A stretch of 64,000 bases of DNA, from assembly GCA_002721445.1 (NCBI GenBank), contig PBKN01000008.1:4156-68155 (forward strand), in the 5' to 3' direction. A program made the position numbers and the translations under genes. Below the pieces are notes generated by a model. The model ran no database searches, was not told where the DNA came from, and saw only the letters and a list, made by a program, of their open reading frames with translations. Source of the stretch: Chloroflexota bacterium (lineage in GTDB: Bacteria > Chloroflexota > Dehalococcoidia > Lucifugimonadales > GCA-002723415). Every line of letters starts with the position of its first letter. Position 1 is the stretch's first letter. Shown here piece by piece: positions 38,440-47,616 of the stretch.

Positions 38440-39441
38440 CTATCGGCTTACTAAACCAATTTTATTTTTTACTATTTCCATTTTCTTCTCAGCCAATGAT
38501 CTAGCTTTTTCAGCACCTTCTGATAATAGTTTATCTAAATGATCTGGGTTTTCCATCAAATCTCTATAACGTTTCCGAATAGGTTGAAGTTCTTCTATAA
38601 TTACTTCAGCTACTTTAATCTTTAAATCTCCATAACCTCTAGAATTTATAAAGTTAGACTCAACATCTTTTGTTGATTCCCCTGTAATAACTTTGTATAT
38701 ACCAAGTAAATTATTAACTCCAGCATTGTCTGGATTATCAGAAAATTTAATCTCATTTCCTGAATCTGTAACAGCTCTTTTAACTGTTCTTAAAATTTCA
38801 TCTTCTGTATCAATTATTCTAATAGCATGGCCTCTAATATGTGAATAACTCTTTGACATTTTTATTAAAGGATTATCAAAACCCATTACTCTAGCACCAA
38901 TATTAGGTATAACTGGTTCAGGCAATGCAAAGGTATCTCCATATATATTGTTAAACCTTTGACAAATATCTCTAGCCAATTCAACATGTTGTTTTTGGTC
39001 GTCACCAACAGGCACCTCTACTGCATCATATAAAAGAATATCACTTGCCATTAATACAGGATAATCCAATAAACCAGTAGATACACTTTCTTGTCCTGAA
39101 GATTTATCTTTATATTGTGTCATTCTTTCTAACCAGCCAATTGGAGTAATACAATTGAGCAGCCAACATAATTCTGAATGTTCCTTAACATGACTTTGTA
39201 TAAATACAGAACATTTAGCAGGATCTAAACCAGCAGCGAATAAAATTGCTGCTAAAGACTTTATTTGATGATTAAGATTATTAGGATCTTGATAAACAGT
39301 CAAAGCATGCAAATCAACTATACAAAAAAAGTTATCTTTTTCATCCTGTCTATCAACCCATCCTTTAATAGCTCCTAAATAATTGCCTAATTGAACATCA
39401 CCCGATGGTTGAATTCCACTAAACACTCTAGATAAAGACAC
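38440..39441 (-). CDS. trpS: tryptophan--tRNA ligase
   Basis: FSGIQPSG..LGNYLGA, KMSKS and a GTG start with a GGAAAGG SD are present. The stop is only 39 nt upstream of trpE. Confidence 0.95.
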   Translation of the reverse strand: MSLSRVFSGIQPSGDVQLGNYLGAIKGWVDRQDEKDNFFCIVDLHALTVYQDPNNLNHQIKSLAAILFAAGLDPAKCSVFIQSHVKEHSELCWLLNCITPIGWLERMTQYKDKSSGQESVSTGLLDYPVLMASDILLYDAVEVPVGDDQKQHVELARDICQRFNNIYGDTFALPEPVIPNIGARVMGFDNPLIKMSKSYSHIRGHAIRIIDTEDEILRTVKRAVTDSGNEIKFSDNPDNAGVNNLLGIYKVITGESTKDVESNFINSRGYGDLKIKVAEVIIEELQPIRKRYRDLMENPDHLDKLLSEGAEKARSLAEKKMEIVKNKIGLVSR

Positions 39442-39506
39442 TAATTTACCTTTCCAAATTCATTTCTTATTTACGTATATGACCTTAAGTATATTGACCA
39501 AATTAA

Positions 39507-40700
39507 TTAAAGTAAACTAACAGCTTTATCAAGAATCTTATTACCTACTTCATATTTTGACATTAAAGGCAATTCCTCTGGAGAAGAATGATGATCAATT
39601 AAAATTACTTTATTATCATCTGATGAAAATCCACTATTTTCTTCAGTAATATCATTAGCTACTATAAAATCTAATTCTTTTTCTTTTAATTTTTTAGTTG
39701 CATTAACAATCAAATCATCTGTTTCTGCAGAAAAACCAATCTTAATTAATTCCTTTTTCTTAATTGATTTTAAAATATCTGGAGTTTTAATTAAATCAAT
39801 TTGCCAAGTATTCTTTTTAGTTTTTTTAATTTTTGATTCAATATATGATGCAGGAGTCCAGTCACTTACTGCTGCTGCCATAATTAAAATATCAGAATAT
39901 ATGGATTCTTTTTTAACTGCATCGAACATCTCGTTTGTATTTGATACATGTATAGTTTTTACACCAACTATATCTTTTAATAAATTAGAAGCTGTAATCA
40001 ATGTGACTTCAGCACCTCTATTAATTGCAGCTTGGGAAATAGCATAACCCATTTTCCCAGATGATCTATTAGATATAAATCTAACAGGATCAATTTCTTC
40101 TTTTGTCCCTCCGGCAGTTACAATTATTTTTTTACCTTTAAGGTCTCCATTCTGACCTAAAATTAAATTCAAATTACCCAATATTTTTTCTGAATCAACA
40201 ACTCGACCCAACCCTACTAAGCCTGAAGCTAATCTTCCCGTCTCTGGTCCTACAATTGTAATACCTCTATTTTTTAAAATATTGATATTTTCTTGAGTAG
40301 CAGAATTCTCATACATATTAGCATCCATAGCTGGAGCTATTACAATCGGGGCTTCAGTTGCTAAAACCGTAGCAGTTAACAAATCATCAGAAAATCCATG
40401 GGCAATTTTTGCAATTATATTAGCAGTTGCTGGATATACAATAATAATTTCAGATCGTTTAGCAAGTACTACATGATCCATACTTAATTCAGAATTTGAC
40501 TCAAATAAATCTATTGAAACAGGGCGATGAGTAATACTATTAAAGGTTAATGGAGTTAAAAAACGTGTAGCAGACTCTGTCATAATCACGTCTACTTTAC
40601 AATTTAATTGAGTAAGTTTACTAGCTAAATCAATAGATTTATAAGATGCAATACTTCCAGTAACTCCAAGAGTAATAAATTTGCCTTCTAAAAAATTCAT
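39507..40700 (-). CDS. coaBC: bifunctional phosphopantothenoylcysteine decarboxylase / phosphopantothenate-cysteine ligase
   Basis: LGVTGSIASYK, PAMDANM, ITAGGT.E.IDPVRFISNRSSGKMG are present. Confidence 0.95.
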   Translation of the reverse strand: MNFLEGKFITLGVTGSIASYKSIDLASKLTQLNCKVDVIMTESATRFLTPLTFNSITHRPVSIDLFESNSELSMDHVVLAKRSEIIIVYPATANIIAKIAHGFSDDLLTATVLATEAPIVIAPAMDANMYENSATQENINILKNRGITIVGPETGRLASGLVGLGRVVDSEKILGNLNLILGQNGDLKGKKIIVTAGGTKEEIDPVRFISNRSSGKMGYAISQAAINRGAEVTLITASNLLKDIVGVKTIHVSNTNEMFDAVKKESIYSDILIMAAAVSDWTPASYIESKIKKTKKNTWQIDLIKTPDILKSIKKKELIKIGFSAETDDLIVNATKKLKEKELDFIVANDITEENSGFSSDDNKVILIDHHSSPEELPLMSKYEVGNKILDKAVSLL

Positions 40701-40717
40701 AAATTACACACACATGG

Positions 40718-41488
40718 TTATATTTTTCTATTCATATTGTAAATATTTTTAAGTCCTAACAAAGTTAAATTTGGCTCTAAACAATCAAATATTTTAACTT
40801 CTTTATTAATTACTTGAGCTAATCCACCTGTAGCAATAACTTTTGTATCATGTGATAATTCATCACGAAAACGATTTACCATACCAATTATCATATCTGA
40901 ATAACCTAAAATTAACCCTGATTGAATTGAATTAATTGTATTTTGACCAATAGCATTTGGAGGTCTCTTAAGCTCAACTCTCCTTAACTGAGAAGATGTA
41001 TGATATATTGCTTCAGCAGATGCAGAAATACCTAAAGCTATTGAACCTCCTATATATTCAGCTGATGATGTGACAGCATCAAAAACAGTAAATGTTCCTA
41101 CATCTACTATAATCACTGCTGATTTAAACATTTCGTAAGCAGCAACTGCATTCACAATTCTATCTGCACCTACGTCTCTAGGAGAATCATATAAATTTTT
41201 TATTCCTGTCTTAATTCCAGGACCTACTATTAAAGATGATATTTTAAAATAGTTTTTAGCAATTTCAGAAAATGCTGGAGTTAGAGGAGGAACTACACTG
41301 CAAATAATCATATCGGTAATATCGGAAGAATTAATATTATTCAATGCTAATAAGTCTGATAAAATTAAACCATATTCATCAGGCATTTTTTTTGCATCAG
41401 TTGCTATACGCCATGTAGCAACTAATTGATCATTTTTAAAAACACCCAAAGTTATATTCGTATTACCAATATCTAAAGCTAATAACAT
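40718..41488 (-). CDS. coaX: type III pantothenate kinase
   Basis: LLALDIGNTN, GADR and VIATGG are present. Confidence 0.9.
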   Translation of the reverse strand: MLLALDIGNTNITLGVFKNDQLVATWRIATDAKKMPDEYGLILSDLLALNNINSSDITDMIICSVVPPLTPAFSEIAKNYFKISSLIVGPGIKTGIKNLYDSPRDVGADRIVNAVAAYEMFKSAVIIVDVGTFTVFDAVTSSAEYIGGSIALGISASAEAIYHTSSQLRRVELKRPPNAIGQNTINSIQSGLILGYSDMIIGMVNRFRDELSHDTKVIATGGLAQVINKEVKIFDCLEPNLTLLGLKNIYNMNRKI

Positions 41489-41530
41489 ATATGTTAATTA
41501 TACAATTAAAATGTATATCTCCTTATGTTA

Positions 41531-41539
41531 ATTATAGCA
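41531..41539 (-). promoter_or_regulatory. extended -10 element TGCTATAAT upstream of coaX
   Basis: The minus strand reads gTGCTATAATtaacataaggag about 45 nt upstream of the coaX ATG. The TATAATTAACATA 13-mer recurs at 41490-41502. Confidence 0.35.
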
Positions 41540-41583
41540 CTTGAATCAATTAAAAAAATAAATCAGTCTAATTAGAAATATTA

Positions 41584-42816
41584 TTATACATAACCTCTTA
41601 ATTTAGTCGCCTTTACTACCCTCTCAACTCCAATAACAAATGCTGCCTGCCTAAAAGTTAAATTCTCACTATCAACCAAATTTTTTACATCTTTATAAGC
41701 AGATTTCATAACTTCTGACAATTCTGAAAAAACTGTTTCTTCTGGCCAATGTCGTTGATATAAATTTTGTGTCCATTCAAAGTATGAAACTATTACTCCA
41801 CCTGCGTTACACAAAATATCAGGAAGAACTAATAATCCTTTATTATTTAATATTTGATCAGCTTCTGGCGTTATTGGATGATTTGCTGCTTCTAATATCA
41901 TATTAGCTTTAACATTGTTAGCATTAGATTCATTTATTACATTATTAATTGCAGAAGGAATTAATAATTCACAATCTAACTCTAAAATTTCTTGGTTAGA
42001 TATATTCTCTGAACCAGGAAAGCCTTTAATTGATTTATTTTCACTTATATATTTAAGAACATTAGGAATATTAAGGCCTAATTTAGAATAAATACCTCCT
42101 GACACGTCACTTATAGCTATAATCTTGAAACCCATATCATAAGCAATTCGAGCTACCCATGAACCAACATTACCAAAACCTTGTACTACTACTCTCATAT
42201 TTGATGGAGATAAATTTTTCTCTTCAATTAATTGTTCTACCAGATTCATAACTCCTCTTCCTGTTGCAGAATCACGTCCAACAGAACCTCCTAACTCTAC
42301 GGGCTTACCTGTAACAATGCCAGGGGTATATCCATTTACTTGACCATAGGCGTCCATCATCCAAGCCATAGTTTGTGAATTGGTTCCTAAATCTGGAGCT
42401 GGAATATCACGATTTACTCCTATAAAATGTTCTATCCCTAAAGTATACCTTCTAGTAATCCTATTTAACTCATCTGAACTTAATGAAGTAGGATCACATT
42501 GCACTCCACCTTTAGCTCCACCAAATGGAATGTTAACTAAAGCTGTTTTCCATGTCATTAGTGATGCCAAAGCTCTAACCTCATATTGGTCAGCATCGGG
42601 ATGGTATCTTACACCTCCTTTATAAGGTCCACGTGTAGCATTGTGCTGTATTCTATATCCATTGAATACTTTTACAGAATGATCATCCATTCTGACTGGT
42701 ATAGCAATTTGTAATTCTCTCCAAGGTCTTTTAAGTATATCCCTTAATCCATCTTCTAAATCTAAATGTTCCGCTGCAAAATCAAAATACTGATTTACAC
42801 TATCTGAAGTATTCAT
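41584..42816 (-). CDS. gdhA: glutamate dehydrogenase (Glu/Leu/Phe/Val dehydrogenase family)
   Basis: GPYKGGVRYHP, the catalytic GGAKGG, VQGFGNVG and an AGGAGG SD are present. Confidence 0.95.
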   Translation of the reverse strand: MNTSDSVNQYFDFAAEHLDLEDGLRDILKRPWRELQIAIPVRMDDHSVKVFNGYRIQHNATRGPYKGGVRYHPDADQYEVRALASLMTWKTALVNIPFGGAKGGVQCDPTSLSSDELNRITRRYTLGIEHFIGVNRDIPAPDLGTNSQTMAWMMDAYGQVNGYTPGIVTGKPVELGGSVGRDSATGRGVMNLVEQLIEEKNLSPSNMRVVVQGFGNVGSWVARIAYDMGFKIIAISDVSGGIYSKLGLNIPNVLKYISENKSIKGFPGSENISNQEILELDCELLIPSAINNVINESNANNVKANMILEAANHPITPEADQILNNKGLLVLPDILCNAGGVIVSYFEWTQNLYQRHWPEETVFSELSEVMKSAYKDVKNLVDSENLTFRQAAFVIGVERVVKATKLRGYV

Positions 42817-42970
42817 TGTTCCTCCTAAAATTTAAATCATTTTTAAAACATCATTAATGACACTTAAGTTCAACTATGATAAAATTATATTATGAAAAGA
42901 TTTAAAGATGACTTATTTCATTTGTGTAACAGCTCGAACTAGTCGGGCAAATATTTAGTCTAATTTTACT

Positions 42971-43015
42971 TAATTGCGCCTGTTTGTAAATACTAACAGG
43001 CGCAATTATTTTTAT
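42971..43015 (+). terminator. strong intrinsic terminator / attenuator hairpin in the moeB-like leader
   Basis: TAATTGCGCCTGTT-tgtaaatact-AACAGGCGCAATTA forms a 14-bp perfect stem with a 10-nt loop and is followed by TTTTTAT. It ends about 15 nt before the GGAGG SD of the downstream gene. Confidence 0.65.
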
Positions 43016-43039
43016 ATATTAATTACTTTGGAGGTTATT

Positions 43040-43855
43040 TTGAATAAATCCACACAAATTCTTTCTCCATACCAAGTTAAAAGATATAGTAGGCATATAA
43101 TAATGCCTCAAGTTGGCAGTATCGGACAAAGAAAATTACTTGATTCAAAAGTTTTAATGGTAGGTGCTGGAGGTCTTGGTTCTCCTATATTAATTTATCT
43201 TACATTAGCTGGAGTAGGAACACTTGGAATTGTTGATTTTGATGTAGTAGACGTCACTAATTTACAAAGACAAATACTTCATTACGATAAAGATATAGGT
43301 AAACCAAAGGTTGAATCTGCAAAAGAAACTTTAAAAGCATATAATCCTGAAGTAAATATAATTGTACATGAAGAACCTCTAAATTCTGAAAATGCTATGA
43401 ATATAATTAAAGATTATGACATAGTAATAAATGGAGCTGACAATTTTCCAGCGCGTTACTTAGTTAATGATGCATGTTATTTTAATAACAAACCTTTAGT
43501 AGATGGTAGTATATTATTATTTGATGGTACCTCAACTGTTTACATACCTGGATCAGGTTGCTATAGATGTTTATTCCCTGAACCCCCTCCTCCAGGTGAA
43601 GTTCCTAGTTGTGCTGAAGCAGGAGTTTTAGGAATGCTCCCAGGATTAATTGGTAGTATCCAAGCTATAGAAACAACAAAGTTAATATTAAATACTGGTA
43701 AATCTTTAAAAAGCAGGTTACTTTTAGTTGATGCACTAGAAATGGATTTCAGAGAAGTAAAAATAAGACAAAGACCTGAATGTCCATTATGTGGAGATAG
43801 CCCTTCAGTAACCGAATTAATAGATTATGAAGTCTTTTGTGGACTGCCTAGCTAA
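43040..43855 (+). CDS. MoeB/ThiF-family adenylyltransferase (E1-like), no rhodanese domain
   Basis: RYSRHI..., VGAGGLGSP, NLQRQ, CYRC and CPLCG are present. I moved the start to the TTG at 43040 (GGAGG 5 nt upstream), because the track start at 42974 lies inside the terminator stem. Confidence 0.85.
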   Translation: MNKSTQILSPYQVKRYSRHIIMPQVGSIGQRKLLDSKVLMVGAGGLGSPILIYLTLAGVGTLGIVDFDVVDVTNLQRQILHYDKDIGKPKVESAKETLKAYNPEVNIIVHEEPLNSENAMNIIKDYDIVINGADNFPARYLVNDACYFNNKPLVDGSILLFDGTSTVYIPGSGCYRCLFPEPPPPGEVPSCAEAGVLGMLPGLIGSIQAIETTKLILNTGKSLKSRLLLVDALEMDFREVKIRQRPECPLCGDSPSVTELIDYEVFCGLPS

Positions 43856-43870
43856 ATTGAAAATGGTTTT

Positions 43871-45133
43871 CTAAATATAATTACCTCTATCAATTAAGTT
43901 ACCATCTTGATATATATCTACGATATTCCATAAATCGTCTATATTTTTAGATGGATCGCCTTCAACTACTAATATATCAGCATTTTTCCCTACTTCTAGA
44001 GTTCCTACTTGATCATCTATACAACATGATTGTGCAGATAAATTTGTAGCTGACAAAATAGCTTCCATAGGAGACATTCCTATAGAAATATGAGAATTTA
44101 TATCAGCTTGAAATCTACCCATTTTATAATTAGCCCATGCGGAATCTGAACCACATACAATTTTAACTCCAGCTTCCCACATCTTAGAAACTTCCTCAAT
44201 TCTTTGTTCATGGCCTTCTTTTGTAGTATTTAATTCTTCAACTTCTTCAGGATTTAACTTTTGATTTTGAGATTTTTCTTCTAATTGCCAAATCCTCTCC
44301 CTAGATTGATGAATTGTAGGATTAAGAAAAACTCCTTGATCAACTATTCTTTCAGTGATATCAGGACGATAACTTCTATCGCCGTCTGGTTCATTATAAA
44401 CACCATGAATTATAGTATCTATACCAGCATCTAAAGCATTAATCATAGATTGCGAATTAGTACAATGAGCTGCAGTATGTTTTCCAAATTTGTGAGCTTC
44501 ATCTACTATAGCGTTCATCTCTTCTAAATTAAATGATGGCCTTAGAGGCACTGATGTACCCGTACTACCTCCAGATGCAGTAATTTTAATAAAATCCACA
44601 CCCTCTTTAACTAATTGCCTTACGTGAGCTCTACATTCATTAGGTCCTGTAGCTTGAATTCCAAACCACCATAAATGACCTCCTATAATAGCCATAGGTC
44701 TCCCAGCTAAAACTAATTTAGGTGCCACTGTTATACCCATCTCAACTGCTTCTCTAAGTCTCAAAGTAGTAGAGTTTTTTGCACCACAATCTCTTACAGT
44801 TGTAACTCCAGAAAATAAATGAGTTCTAGCATTTTTTGCAGCTTGTAGAGTTAAAATCTCATCAGGCAATAAATTTAGCTGATCACCTTTTCTCCCATCT
44901 CCAATACCATTTAAATGTACATGGCAATCGACTAATCCTGGCAGTACAGTTTTATTTTCATAAACAATTTCTTCAACTTGTGAACCTTCAGGAGGTATAA
45001 CATCTTCTTCTCTTCCAATAGAAATAATTTTGTCACCTTGTAATAAAATTGCACCTCTTTCTAGTACATCTCCACCTTTTGCATCAATAATCCTCTCTCC
45101 TTTTATCAATCTAAAACTATTTAATTTTGTCAA
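43871..45133 (-). CDS. amidohydrolase-superfamily enzyme (COG1228-like), paralogue A
   Basis: LPGLVDCHVHLNG, KITASGG, AAHC and GSDS...GKNADILVV are present. Confidence 0.8.
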   Translation of the reverse strand: MTKLNSFRLIKGERIIDAKGGDVLERGAILLQGDKIISIGREEDVIPPEGSQVEEIVYENKTVLPGLVDCHVHLNGIGDGRKGDQLNLLPDEILTLQAAKNARTHLFSGVTTVRDCGAKNSTTLRLREAVEMGITVAPKLVLAGRPMAIIGGHLWWFGIQATGPNECRAHVRQLVKEGVDFIKITASGGSTGTSVPLRPSFNLEEMNAIVDEAHKFGKHTAAHCTNSQSMINALDAGIDTIIHGVYNEPDGDRSYRPDITERIVDQGVFLNPTIHQSRERIWQLEEKSQNQKLNPEEVEELNTTKEGHEQRIEEVSKMWEAGVKIVCGSDSAWANYKMGRFQADINSHISIGMSPMEAILSATNLSAQSCCIDDQVGTLEVGKNADILVVEGDPSKNIDDLWNIVDIYQDGNLIDRGNYI

Positions 45134-45167
45134 AATATCACCTCAAATAATTAAAATTTTTAATATG

Positions 45168-46469
45168 TTAATTCAATGAAGGCCTTAATTGCCTTATAGA
45201 TTTTAAAGATTTTTCTGACCCTCTATCAATATACCTACCTGCAAGAAAAACATCTTTAACATCCCATAAATTACTTATATCTTCTAAAGGATTACTATTC
45301 AAAACTAATAAATCAGCTTCTTTTCCGATTTCTAAAGTACCTACTAAATCATCTATATCTAAAGATTTAGCAGCTTCTTTTGTAACTGAAAGTAATGAAG
45401 CCATATTTGATAAACCTGCCATATTCAAACATTCTGTTTCATACACAGTGTTTCCTGACTGATAACTACTCCAAGAAGAGTCAGAACCAGTTATAAATTT
45501 CAATCCACTATCAATCATTTTTGTGCAATTATTAAGATGAATATCGAAATCTCTTTTTCTATCATCTAATAATTTTTCCTGGCTACCTGTTAAACCAATT
45601 CTCTCTTTTATATTTAATAAATCCCAAATAGTTGCTCTAACTACATGTAAAGTCGGATTTATATAAGTACCTTTGTTGAATAAATCATCTACTATTTCAG
45701 GACGAAACTTATTAGATCCATCAGGTTCATTAAACATGCAATGAATAATCATATCAACATCTGATTTTATTGAATTAACTATACCTTGAGTAGATACACA
45801 ATGAGTTGCTGTTAATTTCCCAAACTTACGAGCTTCTGAAGTTATAGCATTCAATTCATCTAAGTTAAATGAATGCCTATAACGAAATGAAGTTTGTGTA
45901 CTCCCACCTGTAGCAGTAATTTTAATATAATCTGCACCCTGTTTAATTAAGTTTCTTGTTTCAGCCCTTACTTCATCTATTCCGGTAACTTCAGAACCAA
46001 AATAACCCATGTGGCCTCCTATAATAGATAACGGTCTACCACATATCAACATTCTTGGAGTTAATACCATATAATCATTTGAAGCTTTTTTTAAATTAAT
46101 TAAAGTAAAATTTTTTGGACCATTTTCTCTAATGGTTGTTACTCCTGAAAATAAACTAGCACGTAAATTCCTGATAGACTGTAAAGTTAATATTTCATCA
46201 GCTAAAAGATTTAGCTCTTCTCCTAACCTACCATCTCCAAAGCCATTATTATGCGTATGGCAGTCGACCATACCAGGCATTACAGTGTATTTTGAATAAT
46301 CATAAACTTTTATGCTTGCACCTTCAGGGGGGATAACATTAGATTCATGACCTATTGATTTTATCTTTGAACTTTCCAGTAATATGGCGCCATTTTTTAC
46401 AGGAGCGTTGCCAGTACAATCAATTAAATTACCACATTTAATTAATTTAAAATCATTTTTCTGTACCAT
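45168..46469 (-). CDS. amidohydrolase-superfamily enzyme (COG1228-like), paralogue B
   Basis: MPGMVDCHTHNNG, KITATGG, ATHC and GSDS...GKEADLLVL are present. It is colinear with the neighbour throughout. Confidence 0.8.
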   Translation of the reverse strand: MVQKNDFKLIKCGNLIDCTGNAPVKNGAILLESSKIKSIGHESNVIPPEGASIKVYDYSKYTVMPGMVDCHTHNNGFGDGRLGEELNLLADEILTLQSIRNLRASLFSGVTTIRENGPKNFTLINLKKASNDYMVLTPRMLICGRPLSIIGGHMGYFGSEVTGIDEVRAETRNLIKQGADYIKITATGGSTQTSFRYRHSFNLDELNAITSEARKFGKLTATHCVSTQGIVNSIKSDVDMIIHCMFNEPDGSNKFRPEIVDDLFNKGTYINPTLHVVRATIWDLLNIKERIGLTGSQEKLLDDRKRDFDIHLNNCTKMIDSGLKFITGSDSSWSSYQSGNTVYETECLNMAGLSNMASLLSVTKEAAKSLDIDDLVGTLEIGKEADLLVLNSNPLEDISNLWDVKDVFLAGRYIDRGSEKSLKSIRQLRPSLN

Positions 46470-46600
46470 TGATAAAAATCCCTCTAAATATTTTAAATGA
46501 ATATTATAACTATCAAACTATAGTATCAATAGGATTTTTATCGATTTCATTAAAATAAAACTAAATTAAAGCCAACATTTTAGAATATAAAATTAAATGA

Positions 46601-47476
46601 CTAAGAATTTTTAAAAGTTTGAATTATATCTTTTTGTTTTGATGATAAGCTATTAGGAAATACTGGATTTAATGTTACAAATAAATCTCCTAAACTATTC
46701 GGGGAATTCTGTTTAGGCATTCCTTGGCCTTGCAATCTTATTTTCTGTCTGTTTTTACTGCCCGGAGGAATTTTAATATTAACTTTATTGATAAGTGTTT
46801 GAACTTCTGCTTCACCACCTATAATTAAATCCTCAAATGGAACATAAATATCCATATAAAGGTTATCGCCTTTACGAATAAATTTATCATTACTTAATAC
46901 TTGAATCCTAATAAGTAATTCAGATGATTTATCAGGATAAATTCTGATAATTGAATCTGTATCAACTCCTTTAGGTATCTTAACTTCAAATTTTCTTATT
47001 TTAGAATCAATATTTAAATTTAAAATTCTTTTTGTACCTAATTTCGCTTCCAATAATGTTATACTCATAGAAATTTCGCTACTTGCAAAATTAGCCTTGG
47101 AATTACTTCCATTCCATAAAGGACCAAAATTATGATTCATGCTACTACTTTGATAAGTTTTAGATTTTACAAATAAATTGTCTTTTTCAAATTCAAAACC
47201 ATAAAAAAACTTTTCATTTTCAAGATTAATTTTTACATCTTGTCGAATATTTTTATTTCTTTTTTTCCAATTATTTCCAAACAAATCATATTTTCTTCGT
47301 GAATTTGGATTAGACAATACCTCTGATGCCTCATTAATTTCCTTAAATTTTTTTTCTGCATGAGTATCATTAGGGTTTAAATCAGGGTGATGTTTCCTAG
47401 CAAGACGCCTATAGGCCTCTCTGATTTTTTCTTGAGTAGCATTTTTTCTGATACCTAAGAGGTTGTAATAATTCAT
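46601..47476 (-). CDS. J-domain protein with DnaJ C-terminal domains but no Zn-finger (CbpA-like)
   Basis: YYNLLGIRKNATQEKIREAYRRLARKHHPDLNP is present, as are the C-terminal beta-domains (GDLFVTLNPVFP). There is no CxxCxGxG repeat. Confidence 0.8.
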   Translation of the reverse strand: MNYYNLLGIRKNATQEKIREAYRRLARKHHPDLNPNDTHAEKKFKEINEASEVLSNPNSRRKYDLFGNNWKKRNKNIRQDVKINLENEKFFYGFEFEKDNLFVKSKTYQSSSMNHNFGPLWNGSNSKANFASSEISMSITLLEAKLGTKRILNLNIDSKIRKFEVKIPKGVDTDSIIRIYPDKSSELLIRIQVLSNDKFIRKGDNLYMDIYVPFEDLIIGGEAEVQTLINKVNIKIPPGSKNRQKIRLQGQGMPKQNSPNSLGDLFVTLNPVFPNSLSSKQKDIIQTFKNS

Positions 47477-47574
47477 TTATACACTCCATTTAGATAAAAA
47501 CATTATATCACTAAATATTGGAAAAGTATTAGAAAAATATAAAATATTATTCTAATTTTATAATGAAATTTCTA

Positions 47575-47604
47575 TTGACATATATTTCTTTTACAAAATA
47601 ATAA
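47575..47604 (+). promoter_or_regulatory. sigma70-like promoter candidate TTGACA-17/18-(A)TAATA(A)
   Basis: A perfect TTGACA lies at 47575-47580 and an A/T hexamer at 47598-47604. Only about 12 nt remain before the ATG at 47617 and no SD is visible. Confidence 0.3.
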
Positions 47605-47616
47605 TTCTTCAATAAA

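Noticed and set aside
38401-39506. A T-box riboswitch or Trp leader-peptide attenuator upstream of trpS or trpE.
   Set aside because: The spacers are only 39 nt and 65 nt. No specifier or T-box sequence and no tandem Trp-codon mini-ORF is present.
42892-42942. A 16-codon ORF (MKRFKDDLFHLCNSSN) in the moeB-like leader, considered as a possible attenuation leader peptide.
   Set aside because: It has no SD, no run of a regulatory codon, and no obvious alternative pairing linking its translation to the terminator. It is mentioned only as context.
42974-43039. The track start (TTG at 42974) that gives the MoeB-like protein an extra 22-aa N-terminus (MRLFVNTNRRNYFYILITLEVI).
   Set aside because: This start codon sits inside the 14-bp terminator stem. 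The extension has no homology-like features. A GGAGG SD precedes the TTG at 43040, where the conserved N-terminus (..YQVKRYSRHI) begins.
42817-43039. A TPP or Moco riboswitch identity for the moeB-like leader.
   Set aside because: I could not find the conserved cores, such as CUGAGA with ACCUGAUCUGGAUAAUGCCAGCG-like TPP elements or the Moco motif conserved loops. It is left as an unclassified leader.
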